Translations under genes and position numbers: made by a program
From: Salmonella enterica subsp. enterica serovar Typhimurium str. LT2
GTDB taxonomy: Bacteria > Pseudomonadota > Gammaproteobacteria > Enterobacterales > Enterobacteriaceae
NCBI RefSeq assembly: GCF_000006945.2
Contig: NC_003197.2
Span: 3,060,354-3,092,353, forward strand
Length of the DNA: 32,000 bases
Reading direction: 5' to 3'
Shown here: piece after piece, positions 22,130 through 32,000 of the stretch
Layout of the letters: each line of letters opens with the position of its first letter
Numbering within the stretch: position 1 is the stretch's first letter
The notes under the pieces: model-generated
The model's database searches: none
Told to the model about the DNA's origin: nothing
The model's input: the letters and a program-made list of their open reading frames with translations, nothing else

Positions 22130-23682
22130 TCAGCAGCCTCCTGTTTCTTTGCTTTGGCGGCTTTTGCACTTTGTTTTTCCGCCGATGTCGTAAAATATTT
22201 CTTGCGCGCGGTCATGATGCGTTCCAGATCGCTGCTCTCGTAGGGGTTGGTAAAGACGTGATCATCGAAGTAATGACGGGTAAACAGCCAAAGTTCTCTT
22301 TGCCATTTATTCAGCCTTTCGTCCGGCTTGTGGCCGTTTTCCAGATCGTGAATCAGGTTGAGAAAACGTCCCTGCGTCAGGTTCCAGAAATCAATGTCGA
22401 TAAAACTGAAATCACCGCGAGCACCCTTCGCATCGGCAAACCAGGCCTCTTTGAGCGCGCTGCGAAGCAGGCTCAACAGGCGGGCCGCAGTTTGCACGGC
22501 CTTACGTAAATCAGGGATCAGACCTTCCGTCATCAGCAACGGGAAGTGATGCTCATACCAGCAGCGGATTTTCATATTGTCGAAATCCGCGCCAAAGCCC
22601 CAGATCCCCGCTTTAACGTCAGTCAGCGAGCGGGCGTTAAACACCTTGACTACCTGCGCGGGAGATTCGTAATTCGCTTCCGTCTGGTTGTTCTGACTTA
22701 ATCCCAGCCAGTCGCGCCAGATAAGGCCGCCGGGCTGCGGTTTAACGGAAAAGAAGGCGTTTTGATCTTTTACCGGGGCGCGATAAGGCGTCAGCGGGTG
22801 CCGCCAGCCATCGTAGTTAACGCCGTAGTTCTTGACGGTCATAAAGCCAAGAAGCTCATCGCTTTCAGCGCCGCAAATATCGCAGCAACCTGACTGTAAG
22901 GTGGCAAAATCCAGGCGGATACGACGCGGCATCCCCCAGTACGCCTGGAGTTTATTGACCTGCTCCGGCGTGGTAACGGCATTCGCCTGCTCGCTGGTCC
23001 GCGTCGCGGCAAGCCACGGGAAAACGGTCGCATCACACTGGTCTGGTAAAGGCAGATCCGCAGTATCCTGCGGCATCACGTTGAGCCACAGCTTGCGCCA
23101 GAGCGGCGTTTGCCGCTCGCCCTGATATTCCTGCAATTCAACCAGCGTGGTCAGTGGCCCGCCGCCGCGCAGCCCGGTACGATAGCCTTTGCCGCCCGCA
23201 GGCGCGTTAAGCTGCAACGAGAACAGCGCCAGCGCCGCGCAGTGCGGACAAAAACGTTCCGTTACGCCGCGTTTGACAAAATGATCTTTATTGAACTTCG
23301 TGGTTTGCGCGCCAGGTATTTCCGGCAACAATGAGGCAATAGAGACTTTTTCGCCGCTTAACGGTTCAAAATCCTGCATAAAAGACGGCGTTTCCGCGCC
23401 AAACTGAAAAGCGTGTTCTAACGGTGCTAATGCCTTATGGAGCACATCGGCATGCAATCCATCAAACCAGATATCCTCCCAATTTTTGTATCTTTTCGGC
23501 GCGATACTGCATTGCAGCAATCCCAACAGAAACTGCCAAGCCGCTCCCTGTAAATCTGCTCGCGTTGCGGCGATGTCCACCACGTTTTCATCCGCCAGAT
23601 CGACGGGGGCCAGCTTGCCCGTGGAACCGTCTTTGAAACGGACGGGGAGCCAGGGCGTTGTTAAAAGTGAAAAATTGTCCAT
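22126..23682 (-). CDS. cse1: Cascade large subunit Cse1 (CasA/Cas8e)
   Basis: 518-aa ORF directly downstream of cas3 and upstream of cse2. The N-terminus LLTTPWLPVR resembles the Cse1 family start. The call is largely positional. Confidence 0.85.
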   Translation of the reverse strand: MDNFSLLTTPWLPVRFKDGSTGKLAPVDLADENVVDIAATRADLQGAAWQFLLGLLQCSIAPKRYKNWEDIWFDGLHADVLHKALAPLEHAFQFGAETPSFMQDFEPLSGEKVSIASLLPEIPGAQTTKFNKDHFVKRGVTERFCPHCAALALFSLQLNAPAGGKGYRTGLRGGGPLTTLVELQEYQGERQTPLWRKLWLNVMPQDTADLPLPDQCDATVFPWLAATRTSEQANAVTTPEQVNKLQAYWGMPRRIRLDFATLQSGCCDICGAESDELLGFMTVKNYGVNYDGWRHPLTPYRAPVKDQNAFFSVKPQPGGLIWRDWLGLSQNNQTEANYESPAQVVKVFNARSLTDVKAGIWGFGADFDNMKIRCWYEHHFPLLMTEGLIPDLRKAVQTAARLLSLLRSALKEAWFADAKGARGDFSFIDIDFWNLTQGRFLNLIHDLENGHKPDERLNKWQRELWLFTRHYFDDHVFTNPYESSDLERIMTARKKYFTTSAEKQSAKAAKAKKQEAAE

Positions 23683-23693
23683 ATCTGTATTCG

Positions 23694-26357
23694 TTATTCC
23701 CCCATCATGCCAATCAATCCCTCATTCGCCGAATAACCACAAGCGGCAAAGTCCGTCACCACAATCACCGTGGCAAAATCCTTATCCTGATGCTGTTGCG
23801 CACACCACTTACGCAAGGGTTCGCCGTCTAATTTTTCAAACTCGTCTTTATGTTTATTCCACCAGCTCTGACGTACTCGCAGCACGCTCATCTCCCAGGC
23901 GTGTTCACCGCTGGCATAAGGGGTTACGACGCTATCCACGATTTTCGCCAGCCACAGCGTGACAGACTCTTCCGCCAGCCGCGTTGACATTTTCTCCGGT
24001 AAAGAATCGCTAATTTCAGCACAGTAGCCCGGCGCAAAGTTAAGCAGCATCTGGCCGGCAAATGCCCGGTCGCAATAAAATTTGCCTTCCTGCAATTGCT
24101 CGGTTTTTGCAAATCCAACCGGCATGTTGACATCCTCGCCGTAGACCGACTCAATCAACAATCGGGCAGATTGCGGCATCCGAATCGTCCCCTGCTCACG
24201 TAATATGCGCTGTGTCAGCCACATGCGCCCATGATCGGGATAGACATAGGCGCTGTTACGCATGGCGCTGGATAACCAGTTCTCTCGCGGCGCGTCATCC
24301 CACTCCGGAGCAAGAATGCGCAGCACTGGCGTCTCTCGCTCATCCTGCCCACTCTTTTTCACCAGACCGTTACGATCGCGAATATGACGCTGTAGTCGAC
24401 CGGCCCGCTGAATTAATAAATCCACCGGCGCTAAATCAGAGATCATCTCATCGCAGTCAATATCCAGACTTTGTTCGATGACCTGCGTGGCGATAATGAC
24501 CTTACCGGCACGTTGCGCGCCGCTCTGTTTGCCAAAGAGATTCAGCGTCTGTGACTCAATCCGCTGACGATCGTAAAAAGCAAAGCGACTATGGAAGAGT
24601 AAAAGGTTTTCCGTGACGACGACCTTACTCAGTTGAAGCTGGCGATAGATACGAATCGCATCATCAACGGAGTTACGTATCCAGGCGATACAGTTTCCTT
24701 TTTCCACTGCTTCACCTATACGTTCAAGACACGCCTCTTCACTATGTAGCCAGCCAATATCTACGCAACGCTCAACCTCTTTGCGTGTATCAACCCGCTG
24801 AGAAATCAGCTCTGTTTGTGTGACCTGAGTCAGCCAGGGATAATCGTCATGGCCTAGCAACGGCGCCTGCACACTACGCCTCACCCCACGGGAAAATGCC
24901 GCCACCAGCTTATCTCGCTGCTGCTGCGATAGCGTCGCAGATAACAGAATAGTGGCGTTGCCATTACTGGCCTGCCGTTCGATCAAACCTTCAAGTATTC
25001 GGGACATCCAGGCATCACAGGCATGGATCTCATCAGCCAGTAAGATCTTGTTGCTAAGACCCAGTAACCGCAGGTTGTTATGTTTAAATGGCATTACCGC
25101 CATCATCGCCTGATCCAACGTGCCTACGCCAACCTCCGCCAACAACGCTTTTTTATTGCTGTCGGCAAACCAGGCGGCGCATCCCTGACTATAAGGCTGC
25201 GCTTCATCGGGTTCTTCCGTACCAGAAAGAGTGACCGACCATATTGACTGATTGAAACGATCCATTAAGCGACGCGCGCTATGCGCCAGAATCAGGCTGG
25301 GACGGGAGTCCGGCTGATACAGCGCCAGCCAGGTGTTCGCCATACGTTCAAACATCGCGTTGGCTGTCGCCATTGTCGGCAGTCCAAAATAGAGTCCCTG
25401 CGCTTTACCTGCCGCCATCAGTCGATGAGCTAATATGAGCGCCGCCTCTGTTTTTCCGGCCCCGGTGACATCTTCAAGAATAAAGAGTTGGGCGCCATCC
25501 ACGTTGATATCCAGCTCAAGCGCCTTTTGTTGTAACGGTGTGGGATGCTGAATAAAAGGGAAAAGCGTTTCTATGCCCGTAAAGGCAGACACATTCGCCG
25601 CTGAGGGAAATAGCGTGATGGCAGTTTGTGCTTTAGCGAGAGCTTGCTGCCAGTAGGTATCAACAGGCATTTTTTCCGCAGTACGCGGAAAATAACGGCT
25701 GGCAGAACCAGTCCAGTCAGCCAGTACAACCGCAGCGGAAATAAACCAGGAAAGTTGCTGAAATTGGTCGATACCCTCATCTTCATCCCAGGCTTCAGGC
25801 AAAGTAATTAAAGGAAAGAGCGCTTTTATTCTCAGAAGAAAATCTCTTGCCGCGTCTTTATCCTGCTGGCGAAAATGGTCCAGCTCCTGGATTGCCTCTG
25901 GAGGGCGTCCATGATGACCTGTAGTGACTGGCATCCAAAGCGCCATAACGCGCTTACTTTTACGAACTGAAAGCGAAGAAGGAGGAAACAATTCAGGGCA
26001 TTCACTTAGCCAGGAGTTCCACAACATGTATCCCAGCGTGGTATGCGCGATTTTTTCATAATGCCGTGTAGGCTCATTAAAGATATTTAAAGCCTCATGA
26101 CGGTATAGTTGCTGGAAGGAATGAGCAAACTTTCCAATATCATGCCAACATAAAATCCAGGCAAAAAATTGCGCCGCCTGCTCCTTATCCTGGATGCCTA
26201 ATTTTTTTAGATAGTGGTCAATAAAATAAATATTATTTATCACCATCCAGTAACCCACAGCCGCAACATCTAAAGAATGCCAGCAAAGCAAATGGTAATC
26301 ATCACCGCCGTCAGTTTCTCCTCGTCGAGACTTTCCCCAATAGTGATATATCGACAC
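23694..26357 (-). CDS. cas3: Cas3 nuclease-helicase (HD domain + SF2 helicase), type I signature protein
   Basis: 887-aa ORF with an N-terminal HD nuclease (HSLDVAAV ... CWHDIGKFAHSFQ), helicase motif I (TGAGKTEAAL) and motif II (DEIH). GTG start at 26357 with GGAG 5 nt upstream. Confidence 0.95.
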   Translation of the reverse strand: MSIYHYWGKSRRGETDGGDDYHLLCWHSLDVAAVGYWMVINNIYFIDHYLKKLGIQDKEQAAQFFAWILCWHDIGKFAHSFQQLYRHEALNIFNEPTRHYEKIAHTTLGYMLWNSWLSECPELFPPSSLSVRKSKRVMALWMPVTTGHHGRPPEAIQELDHFRQQDKDAARDFLLRIKALFPLITLPEAWDEDEGIDQFQQLSWFISAAVVLADWTGSASRYFPRTAEKMPVDTYWQQALAKAQTAITLFPSAANVSAFTGIETLFPFIQHPTPLQQKALELDINVDGAQLFILEDVTGAGKTEAALILAHRLMAAGKAQGLYFGLPTMATANAMFERMANTWLALYQPDSRPSLILAHSARRLMDRFNQSIWSVTLSGTEEPDEAQPYSQGCAAWFADSNKKALLAEVGVGTLDQAMMAVMPFKHNNLRLLGLSNKILLADEIHACDAWMSRILEGLIERQASNGNATILLSATLSQQQRDKLVAAFSRGVRRSVQAPLLGHDDYPWLTQVTQTELISQRVDTRKEVERCVDIGWLHSEEACLERIGEAVEKGNCIAWIRNSVDDAIRIYRQLQLSKVVVTENLLLFHSRFAFYDRQRIESQTLNLFGKQSGAQRAGKVIIATQVIEQSLDIDCDEMISDLAPVDLLIQRAGRLQRHIRDRNGLVKKSGQDERETPVLRILAPEWDDAPRENWLSSAMRNSAYVYPDHGRMWLTQRILREQGTIRMPQSARLLIESVYGEDVNMPVGFAKTEQLQEGKFYCDRAFAGQMLLNFAPGYCAEISDSLPEKMSTRLAEESVTLWLAKIVDSVVTPYASGEHAWEMSVLRVRQSWWNKHKDEFEKLDGEPLRKWCAQQHQDKDFATVIVVTDFAACGYSANEGLIGMMGE

Positions 26358-26801
26358 GTAAACTCCAGCATGTGGATAATAAAAGCACTCTACGCCTTTT
26401 TAATGGTCTTTTTTGTTGATATACCTCACAAAAATTGCACTTCCTGAGATTATATTTAAATATGCCCGCTCAATTTTATATATTCTTCAGAAATATTTAC
26501 CCCACGAATAATTATTATAAATTTTTCCGCCTTTTTCTTCTGGAAGAAGCGCTCAAAGAGGCTTCCTCCAATGCCTTCTGCATAAACCAAAATTTAAAAA
26601 AAACGACCATTTGCGGCGAATCATCTACCTTTTGTCTGAATTATCGTCACCACAAAGGATTACCAACCATAAATGTGCTGTATTAATAATGTCGTTCAAA
26701 TTCTCTCCTGTAGTAAACTTTATCTGTTTAATAAAAAAGAGAGAATTGAACGATATATTTTACTCCGGATATTGAATAATATAAATTTGAAGGAAAATAT
26801 T
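26358..26801. promoter_or_regulatory. AT-rich divergent control region for cas3 (leftward) and sopD (rightward)
   Basis: This is a 444-bp non-coding, strongly AT-rich interval between two divergent start codons, and the only obvious promoter region for the whole cas operon. AT-rich tracts like these are typical of H-NS-silenced promoters. Confidence 0.55.
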
Positions 26802-27755
26802 ATGCCAGTCACTTTAAGCTTCGGTAATCATCAAAATTATACGCTTAATGAAAGTCGGCTTGCTCATCTGTTAAGCGCAGATAAAGAAAAAGCAATCCAT
26901 ATGGGGGGTTGGGATAAAGTCCAGGATCATTTTAGAGCGGAAAAAAAGGACCATGCGCTGGAAGTGTTACACTCCATCATTCACGGGCAGGGCCGTGGTG
27001 AACCTGGAGAGATGGAAGTTAACGTAGAGGATATAAATAAAATTTACGCCTTTAAACGGCTACAACATCTGGCCTGCCCGGCTCATCAAGATCTGTTTAC
27101 TATCAAGATGGACGCTTCTCAGACACAATTTTTACTTATGGTCGGCGACACGGTGATCAGCCAAAGCAATATTAAGGACATCCTTAATATATCAGATGAT
27201 GCAGTGATAGAATCTATGAGTAGAGAGGAGAGACAATTATTTTTACAAATATGTGAGGTGATTGGTTCGAAGATGACCTGGCACCCGGAATTACTTCAGG
27301 AGTCGATTTCAACTCTACGAAAAGAAGTGACGGGAAATGCACAAATCAAAACGGCGGTTTATGAGATGATGCGTCCCGCAGAGGCTCCAGACCACCCGCT
27401 TGTCGAATGGCAGGACTCACTTACTGCAGATGAAAAATCAATGCTGGCCTGTATTAATGCCGGTAACTTTGAGCCTACGACTCAGTTTTGCAAAATAGGT
27501 TATCAGGAGGTACAAGGTGAAGTCGCTTTTAGCATGATGCATCCGTGCATCTCCTATTTACTACATAGCTATTCACCGTTTTCAGAGTTTAAACCAACAA
27601 ATTCTGGTTTTTTAAAAAAACTTAATCAGGATTATAACGACTATCATGCAAAAAAAATGTTTATTGATGTAATTCTTGAAAAACTATATCTAACCCATGA
27701 ACGTTCTTTGCACATTGGTAAAGATGGGTGCAGTCGTAATATATTACTGACATAA
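26802..27755 (+). CDS. sopD: Type III secretion effector SopD
   Basis: Track ORF 26673..27755. ATG at 26802 (GAAGGAAAA upstream) gives a 317-aa protein starting MPVTLSFGN, the SopD/SopD2 family N-terminus. The location between cas3 and cysH matches sopD in S. Typhimurium. The coding region is AT-rich. Confidence 0.88.
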   Translation: MPVTLSFGNHQNYTLNESRLAHLLSADKEKAIHMGGWDKVQDHFRAEKKDHALEVLHSIIHGQGRGEPGEMEVNVEDINKIYAFKRLQHLACPAHQDLFTIKMDASQTQFLLMVGDTVISQSNIKDILNISDDAVIESMSREERQLFLQICEVIGSKMTWHPELLQESISTLRKEVTGNAQIKTAVYEMMRPAEAPDHPLVEWQDSLTADEKSMLACINAGNFEPTTQFCKIGYQEVQGEVAFSMMHPCISYLLHSYSPFSEFKPTNSGFLKKLNQDYNDYHAKKMFIDVILEKLYLTHERSLHIGKDGCSRNILLT

Positions 27756-27780
27756 AGATAGTCAGTAATATAACCAATTT

Positions 27781-27806
27781 AAAATCCGGCTGCCTGCCGG
27801 ATTTTT
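27781..27806. terminator. Bidirectional rho-independent terminator between convergent sopD and cysH
   Basis: Stem AAAATCCGGC/GCCGGATTTT (27781-27790 and 27796-27805) with loop TGCCT. The T-run follows on the plus strand, and the A-run gives a T-run on the minus strand. Confidence 0.75.
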
Positions 27807-27842
27807 CATAGCAGCAAGTATAATCATACCGCGTAAGGACAA

Positions 27843-28577
27843 TTACCCTTCATGCAGCCCGCACTCGCGCTTCAGCCCGAAGAAGCGTGTCTCTTCTTCC
27901 GCCATACCCGGCTCCCATTTGCGGGTGGTGTGCGTATCGCCCACCGACAGATAGCCCTGATCCCACAGCGGATGGTATTTCAGGCCATGCTTTTGCAGGT
28001 ACTGGTAAACGGTGCGATTATCCCAGTCGATAATCGGTAGCACTTTAAACACGCCGCGCTGGATAGCGAGAACGGGTAAATGCGCGCGGCTGCCGGACTG
28101 CTCGCGACGCAGACCCGCAAACCACGTCTGCGCTTTCAGCTCTTTTAGCGCCCGGTTCATCGGCTCGACTTTGTTGATCTCATTGTATTTCTCAATGCCC
28201 TCAACGCCCTGCTCCCACAGCTTGCCGTAGCGCGCTTCCTGCCAGGCCGGACTTTCGCCCGCGCGGTAAACTTTCAGGTTGAGTTTGAGTTTGTCCGTTA
28301 GCTCATCAATAAACTGGTAGGTTTCCGGGAACAAATAGCCGGTATCGGTGAGGATCACCGGGATATCCGGGCGAATCTGGTTCACCAGGTGCAGGCTCAC
28401 CGCCGCCTGGATGCCAAAGCTTGAGGAGAGCACGTATTCGCCGGGCAGATTTTCCAGCGCCCAGGCCACGCGTTCTTCGGCGCTCAGTTTTTCCAGTTGG
28501 GCGTTGGTTTCCGCCAGAGCCATTACGCGATCGACTTTTGGCAATTCATTCAATGCGTTGAGATCGAGTTGGGACAT
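27843..28577 (-). CDS. cysH: Phosphoadenosine phosphosulfate (PAPS) reductase
   Basis: Track ORF 27843..28646 starts at a TTG inside a REP element. ATG at 28577 gives the canonical 244-aa CysH ([18 protein letters not shown] ... ECGLHEG). Confidence 0.95.
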
Positions 28578-28598
28578 GAGTTCCTCACTGTTTGCCTT

Positions 28599-28628
28599 GC
28601 CTGATGGCGCTGTGCTTATCAGGCCTAC
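28599..28628. repeat. REP (repetitive extragenic palindrome) element in the cysI-cysH spacer
   Basis: GCCTGATGGCGCTGTGCTTATCAGGCCTAC has the imperfect palindrome GCCTGAT..ATCAGGC ending in the typical CCTAC tail of enterobacterial REPs. Confidence 0.65.
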
Positions 28629-28652
28629 ACAGACGCCATCCGGCAATTCAGG

Positions 28653-30365
28653 TTATTCCCAGAAATCACGCGCGGGATCGAGCACCGGGCGAATGATGCC
28701 CGCACGCACCGTAAAGTCGCCGAAGCCTTCACCCGCTTCACGCTCTTTCGCCCAGCGCCCAATCAGTTCATCCAGCGAGGCCAGAATATCCGGCTCGGCG
28801 ATATTTTCTTTATACATCCGTGGGATACGACTCCCGATGCGGTTGCCACCAAGATGCAGGTTATAACGACCAGGCGCTTTCCCTACTAAGCCAATTTCCG
28901 CCAGCATCGCGCGGCCACAGCCGTTCGGGCAGCCGGTCACGCGCATCACGATATGCTCATCAGGAATGCCGTGTTTTTCCAGAATCGCTTCCACTTTGTC
29001 CGTGAACGACGGCAGGAAACGCTCGGCTTCCGCCATTGCCAGCGGGCAGGTTGGGAACGACACGCAGGCCATTGAGTTTTCACGCTGCGGTTTCACCGCA
29101 TTCATCAACCCGTGGTCGCGCGCCAGCGTCTCGATCTTCGCTTTCTGGCTTTCCGGCACGCTGGCAATAATCAGGTTCTGGTTAGCGGTGATACGGAACT
29201 CGCCCTGATGAATCTTCGCGATCTCCAGCAGGCCGGTTTTCAGCGGACGCCCCGGATAATCCAGGATACGGCCGTTCTCAATAAACAGCGTCAGGTGCCA
29301 TTTATCATCAATGCCTTTCACCCAGCCAATCCTGTCGCCACGCCCGGTAAACTCATACGGGCGGATCGGCTCAAATTTGATCCCCGCGCGACGCTCGACT
29401 TCCGCTTTAAATGTCTCCAGTCCCACGCGCTCAAGGGTGTATTTGGTTTTGGCATTTTTCCTGTCGGTACGGTTACCCCAGTCGCGCTGCGTCGTCACTA
29501 CCGCTTCGGCCACCGCCAGGGTGTGCTCCAGCGGCAGATAGCCAAACTCGCTGGCCGTACGAGCGTAGGTTTTCTTATTACCATGCTCAATAGACAGACC
29601 GCCGCCCACCAGCAGGTTAAAGCCGACCAGCTTGCCGTTCTCGGCAATCGCCACAAAGTTCATGTCGTTGGCGTGCAGATCGATATCATTTTGCGGCGGG
29701 ATCACCACCGTGGTTTTAAATTTACGCGGCAGATAGGTCTGCCCGAGGATCGGTTCTTCATCGGTGGTCGCGACCTTCTCCTGATCGAGCCAGATCTCCG
29801 CATACGCACGGGTGCGCGGCAGCAGATGTTCGGAGATCTTCTTCGCCCATTCGTAGGCTTCAGCATGCAGCTGAGACTCGTACGGGTTAGAGGTACACAG
29901 CACGTTACGGTTCATGTCGTTGGCGGTTGCCAGCGCATCCAGCCCCACCGAGTGCAGCATCTGGTGCACCGGCTTAACGTTCTTCTTCAGAATGCCGTGG
30001 AACTGGAAGGTCTGGCGGTTGGTCAGACGGATACTGCCGTAAATCGTGTTATCCGCCGCGAATTTATCGATCGCCTGCCATTGCGTCGTAGTAATCACCC
30101 CGCCCGGCAGGCGGCAGCGCAGCAGCATCGCGTGGCGCGGCTCCAGCTTCTGCGCCGCACGCTCGGCGCGAATATCGCGGTCATCCTGCTGATACATGCC
30201 ATGAAAGCGTATCAGCAGGAAGTTATCGCCTTTAAAACCGCCGGTGAGACCGTCGTTCAGATCTTCCGCAATGGTGCCGCGCAGATAGTTGCTTTCCAGC
30301 TTCATGCGCTCGGCATCGGACAGTTTACCTTCGACCACCAGTGGGCCTGGATGTTTTTCGCTCAT
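28653..30365 (-). CDS. cysI: Sulfite reductase [NADPH] hemoprotein beta-component
   Basis: 570-aa ORF, full CysI length, with the siroheme/4Fe-4S cysteine cluster (CVSFPTC ... TGCPNGC). It has a 1-nt overlap with the cysJ stop. Confidence 0.96.
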   Translation of the reverse strand: MSEKHPGPLVVEGKLSDAERMKLESNYLRGTIAEDLNDGLTGGFKGDNFLLIRFHGMYQQDDRDIRAERAAQKLEPRHAMLLRCRLPGGVITTTQWQAIDKFAADNTIYGSIRLTNRQTFQFHGILKKNVKPVHQMLHSVGLDALATANDMNRNVLCTSNPYESQLHAEAYEWAKKISEHLLPRTRAYAEIWLDQEKVATTDEEPILGQTYLPRKFKTTVVIPPQNDIDLHANDMNFVAIAENGKLVGFNLLVGGGLSIEHGNKKTYARTASEFGYLPLEHTLAVAEAVVTTQRDWGNRTDRKNAKTKYTLERVGLETFKAEVERRAGIKFEPIRPYEFTGRGDRIGWVKGIDDKWHLTLFIENGRILDYPGRPLKTGLLEIAKIHQGEFRITANQNLIIASVPESQKAKIETLARDHGLMNAVKPQRENSMACVSFPTCPLAMAEAERFLPSFTDKVEAILEKHGIPDEHIVMRVTGCPNGCGRAMLAEIGLVGKAPGRYNLHLGGNRIGSRIPRMYKENIAEPDILASLDELIGRWAKEREAGEGFGDFTVRAGIIRPVLDPARDFWE

Positions 30366-32000
30366 TAGTAGACATCTCGCTGATAACGGCGCTCTACGCG
30401 CAGCTCACTTAAATATTCATCTGCCGATTCGAGGTCCATACCGCCGAATTCAGCGATCACTTCCAGCAATGCTTTTTCGACATCTGCGGCCATGCGCCTG
30501 GCGTCGCCGCAGACATAAATATGCGCGCCATCATTGATCCAGCGCCACAGCTCGGCGCCCTGTTCACGCAGCTTGTCTTGTACGTAAATTTTTTCTTTTT
30601 GATCGCGTGACCAGGCGAGATCGATACGGCTTAACACCCCCTCTTTCACGTAGCGCTGCCACTCCACCTGATAGAGGAAATCTTCGGTAAAGTGCGGGTT
30701 GCCGAAGAACAACCAGTTCTTACCTTCCACCCCTTCCGCCGCGCGCTGTTGCATAAAGGAGCGGAACGGCGCGATGCCGGTACCGGGGCCAATCATGATC
30801 ACCGGCGTTTCCGGGTTAGCTGGCAGGCGGAAGTTATCGTTATGCTCAATAAAGACGCGAACTTCGCCCTCTTCTTCCACGCGGTCGGCGAGGAAGCTGG
30901 AAGCGCCACCGGCGCGGGCGCGGCCTTCAATGTCATAACGAACCACGCCAACGGTGATATGCACTTCGCTCTCCACTTCAGCCTGTGCGGAGGCGATGGA
31001 GTACAGACGCGGCGTTAGCGGACGCAGCAGGTCGATTAGCGCCTGAGCATCCAGCTGTGCCGGAGAGAAACGCACCATATCAACAATGGGCGTGGTCGCG
31101 GCGTAATGCTGGAGCTGCGCTTTGTCGCCCACTAATGGCAACAGCGACTCACTGCGCGTCAGGGTCGCGTAGTTCTCAACAATGTTGGCGGTATTCACCG
31201 TCAGCTCGAAGTGCCACTCCAGCGCTTCGGCGAGCGGCAGGGTTTTACCGTCAACCGTCACCGGCTCATCGCCCTTCAGCCACAGCAACTCAACCAGCTC
31301 CTTCACCAGAGCCGGATCGTTCTGATACCAGACGCCCAGCGCATCGCCCGGCTGATAGCGCAGGCCGGAGTCGCCTAAATCAATCTCAATATGACGCACA
31401 TCTTTTTCCGAGTTGCGACCGGTGATTTTCTGATTCACGGAGAGGGTCGCGATCAGCGGCGCGTCTTTAGTATAGGGGCTGGTGTGGATGTCGTTTACCG
31501 CGCCAGTAGCGACGGATTGCGAAGGTGCCGCGACAGGTGCGCGAGACTTCAGAACATCAACCACGCGGGCGCGCCATTCGCTGGCAGCTGCCTGATATTC
31601 AACGTCAGCATCGACACGGTCGAGCAGACGTTCACCGCCCAGTTCCGCCAGTTTGCTGTCGAAATCTTTTCCGGACTGGCAGAAAAATTCATAAGAGGTG
31701 TCGCCGAGGCTAAACACGGCAAAAGCGGTGTTTTCCAGTTTCGGCGCTTTTTTGGAGAACAGGAATTTATGCAGCGCGACGGCCTCTTCCGGCGGCTCGC
31801 CTTCTCCCTGGGTGGACGTCACTATCACCAACAGTTTTTCACTGGCAATCTGTTTGAATTTGTAGTCGCCGGCGTTCACCAGTGTCACATTAAGGTTGGC
31901 CGCCAGCAGATCATCACGCAGCGCTTCCGCCACACGACGCGCATTGCCGGTTTGCGAAGCGGAGATAAGCGTAACCCGCGGCATCTTCCGCTCAGGAACA
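30365..32000 (-). CDS. cysJ: Sulfite reductase [NADPH] flavoprotein alpha-component, missing its first ~60 codons (5' end beyond the window)
   Basis: The track ORF starts at an internal Met (31984), but the frame stays open upstream to 32000 (..[22 protein letters not shown]). That matches the interior of the remembered E. coli CysJ (..[21 protein letters not shown]). Flavodoxin-like and FNR-like domains are present and the protein ends RYQRDVY. Confidence 0.95.
   Translation of the reverse strand, partial: VPERKMPRVTLISASQTGNARRVAEALRDDLLAANLNVTLVNAGDYKFKQIASEKLLVIVTSTQGEGEPPEEAVALHKFLFSKKAPKLENTAFAVFSLGDTSYEFFCQSGKDFDSKLAELGGERLLDRVDADVEYQAAASEWRARVVDVLKSRAPVAAPSQSVATGAVNDIHTSPYTKDAPLIATLSVNQKITGRNSEKDVRHIEIDLGDSGLRYQPGDALGVWYQNDPALVKELVELLWLKGDEPVTVDGKTLPLAEALEWHFELTVNTANIVENYATLTRSESLLPLVGDKAQLQHYAATTPIVDMVRFSPAQLDAQALIDLLRPLTPRLYSIASAQAEVESEVHITVGVVRYDIEGRARAGGASSFLADRVEEEGEVRVFIEHNDNFRLPANPETPVIMIGPGTGIAPFRSFMQQRAAEGVEGKNWLFFGNPHFTEDFLYQVEWQRYVKEGVLSRIDLAWSRDQKEKIYVQDKLREQGAELWRWINDGAHIYVCGDARRMAADVEKALLEVIAEFGGMDLESADEYLSELRVERRYQRDVY

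Noticed and set aside
21952-22509. 185-aa plus-strand ORF antisense to the cse2/cse1 junction
   Set aside because: No ribosome-binding site or domain signal is visible and the sequence looks non-protein-like. I recall reports of antisense transcripts in this part of the S. Typhi cas operon, so an antisense RNA is plausible. The sequence alone gives no support for a protein.
26435-26801. 83-aa ORF in the cas3-sopD intergenic region and the 43-codon N-terminal extension of the sopD track ORF
   Set aside because: The region is extremely AT-rich and low-complexity (runs of N, I, K, F, L, Y) with no ribosome-binding site. The ATG at 26802 has a ribosome-binding site and gives the known SopD-family start MPVTLSFGN.
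26358-27842. sopD islet as an identifiable mobile element
   Set aside because: I found no integrase or transposase ORF, no IS ends, no tRNA and no flanking direct repeats by eye. It is best described as an old horizontally acquired islet, not annotated as a mobile element.
29112-30368. 418-aa plus-strand ORF covering most of cysI in antisense
   Set aside because: The opposite strand encodes a full-length, motif-bearing CysI. The antisense product is Arg/Gln/His/Leu-rich with no recognisable domain, which is typical of stop-poor antisense frames of GC-rich genes.
30365-31984. cysJ starting at the Met at 31984 as a complete 539-aa gene
   Set aside because: The reading frame stays open upstream to the window edge, and the flanking residues match the interior of full-length CysJ. 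The gene is truncated by the window and is neither shortened nor a pseudogene.

Overview
This window is enterobacterial chromosome, almost certainly Salmonella enterica. It looks like serovar Typhimurium LT2, judged from the TTG start codon of rpoS and the sopD gene between cas3 and cysH. Left to right it contains: otnK (partial) and ltnD with the divergent DeoR regulator ygbI; a MarR-family regulator divergent from a UbiX/UbiD/small-subunit decarboxylase operon (ecdBCD-like); then on the minus strand rpoS, nlpD, pcm, surE, truD, ispF, ispD, ftsB, ygbE and cysC-cysN-cysD; iap on the plus strand; a 1.5-kb CRISPR array (25 full repeats, one truncated repeat, 25 spacers) with its AT-rich leader; a complete type I-E cas operon (cas2, cas1, cas6e, cas5e, cas7e, cse2, cse1, cas3, minus strand); an AT-rich islet carrying the type III effector gene sopD; and cysH, cysI and cysJ (5' end off the window). 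Gene density is high, and every long ORF that does not overlap a recognised gene is accounted for. I see no unassigned multi-gene block and so no evidence of an undescribed system. The accessory content is the type I-E CRISPR-Cas locus, the sopD islet and the MarR/ecdBCD cluster. The details most worth checking are: the rare TTG start of rpoS; an internally deleted spacer-repeat unit, a tandemly duplicated spacer and several repeat polymorphisms in the array; cas3 joined to cse1 by only 11 nt; and two perfect palindromes that look like operators for the MarR-family and DeoR-family regulators. All identifications come from reading the sequence and from remembered orthologue sequences. No database search was run.
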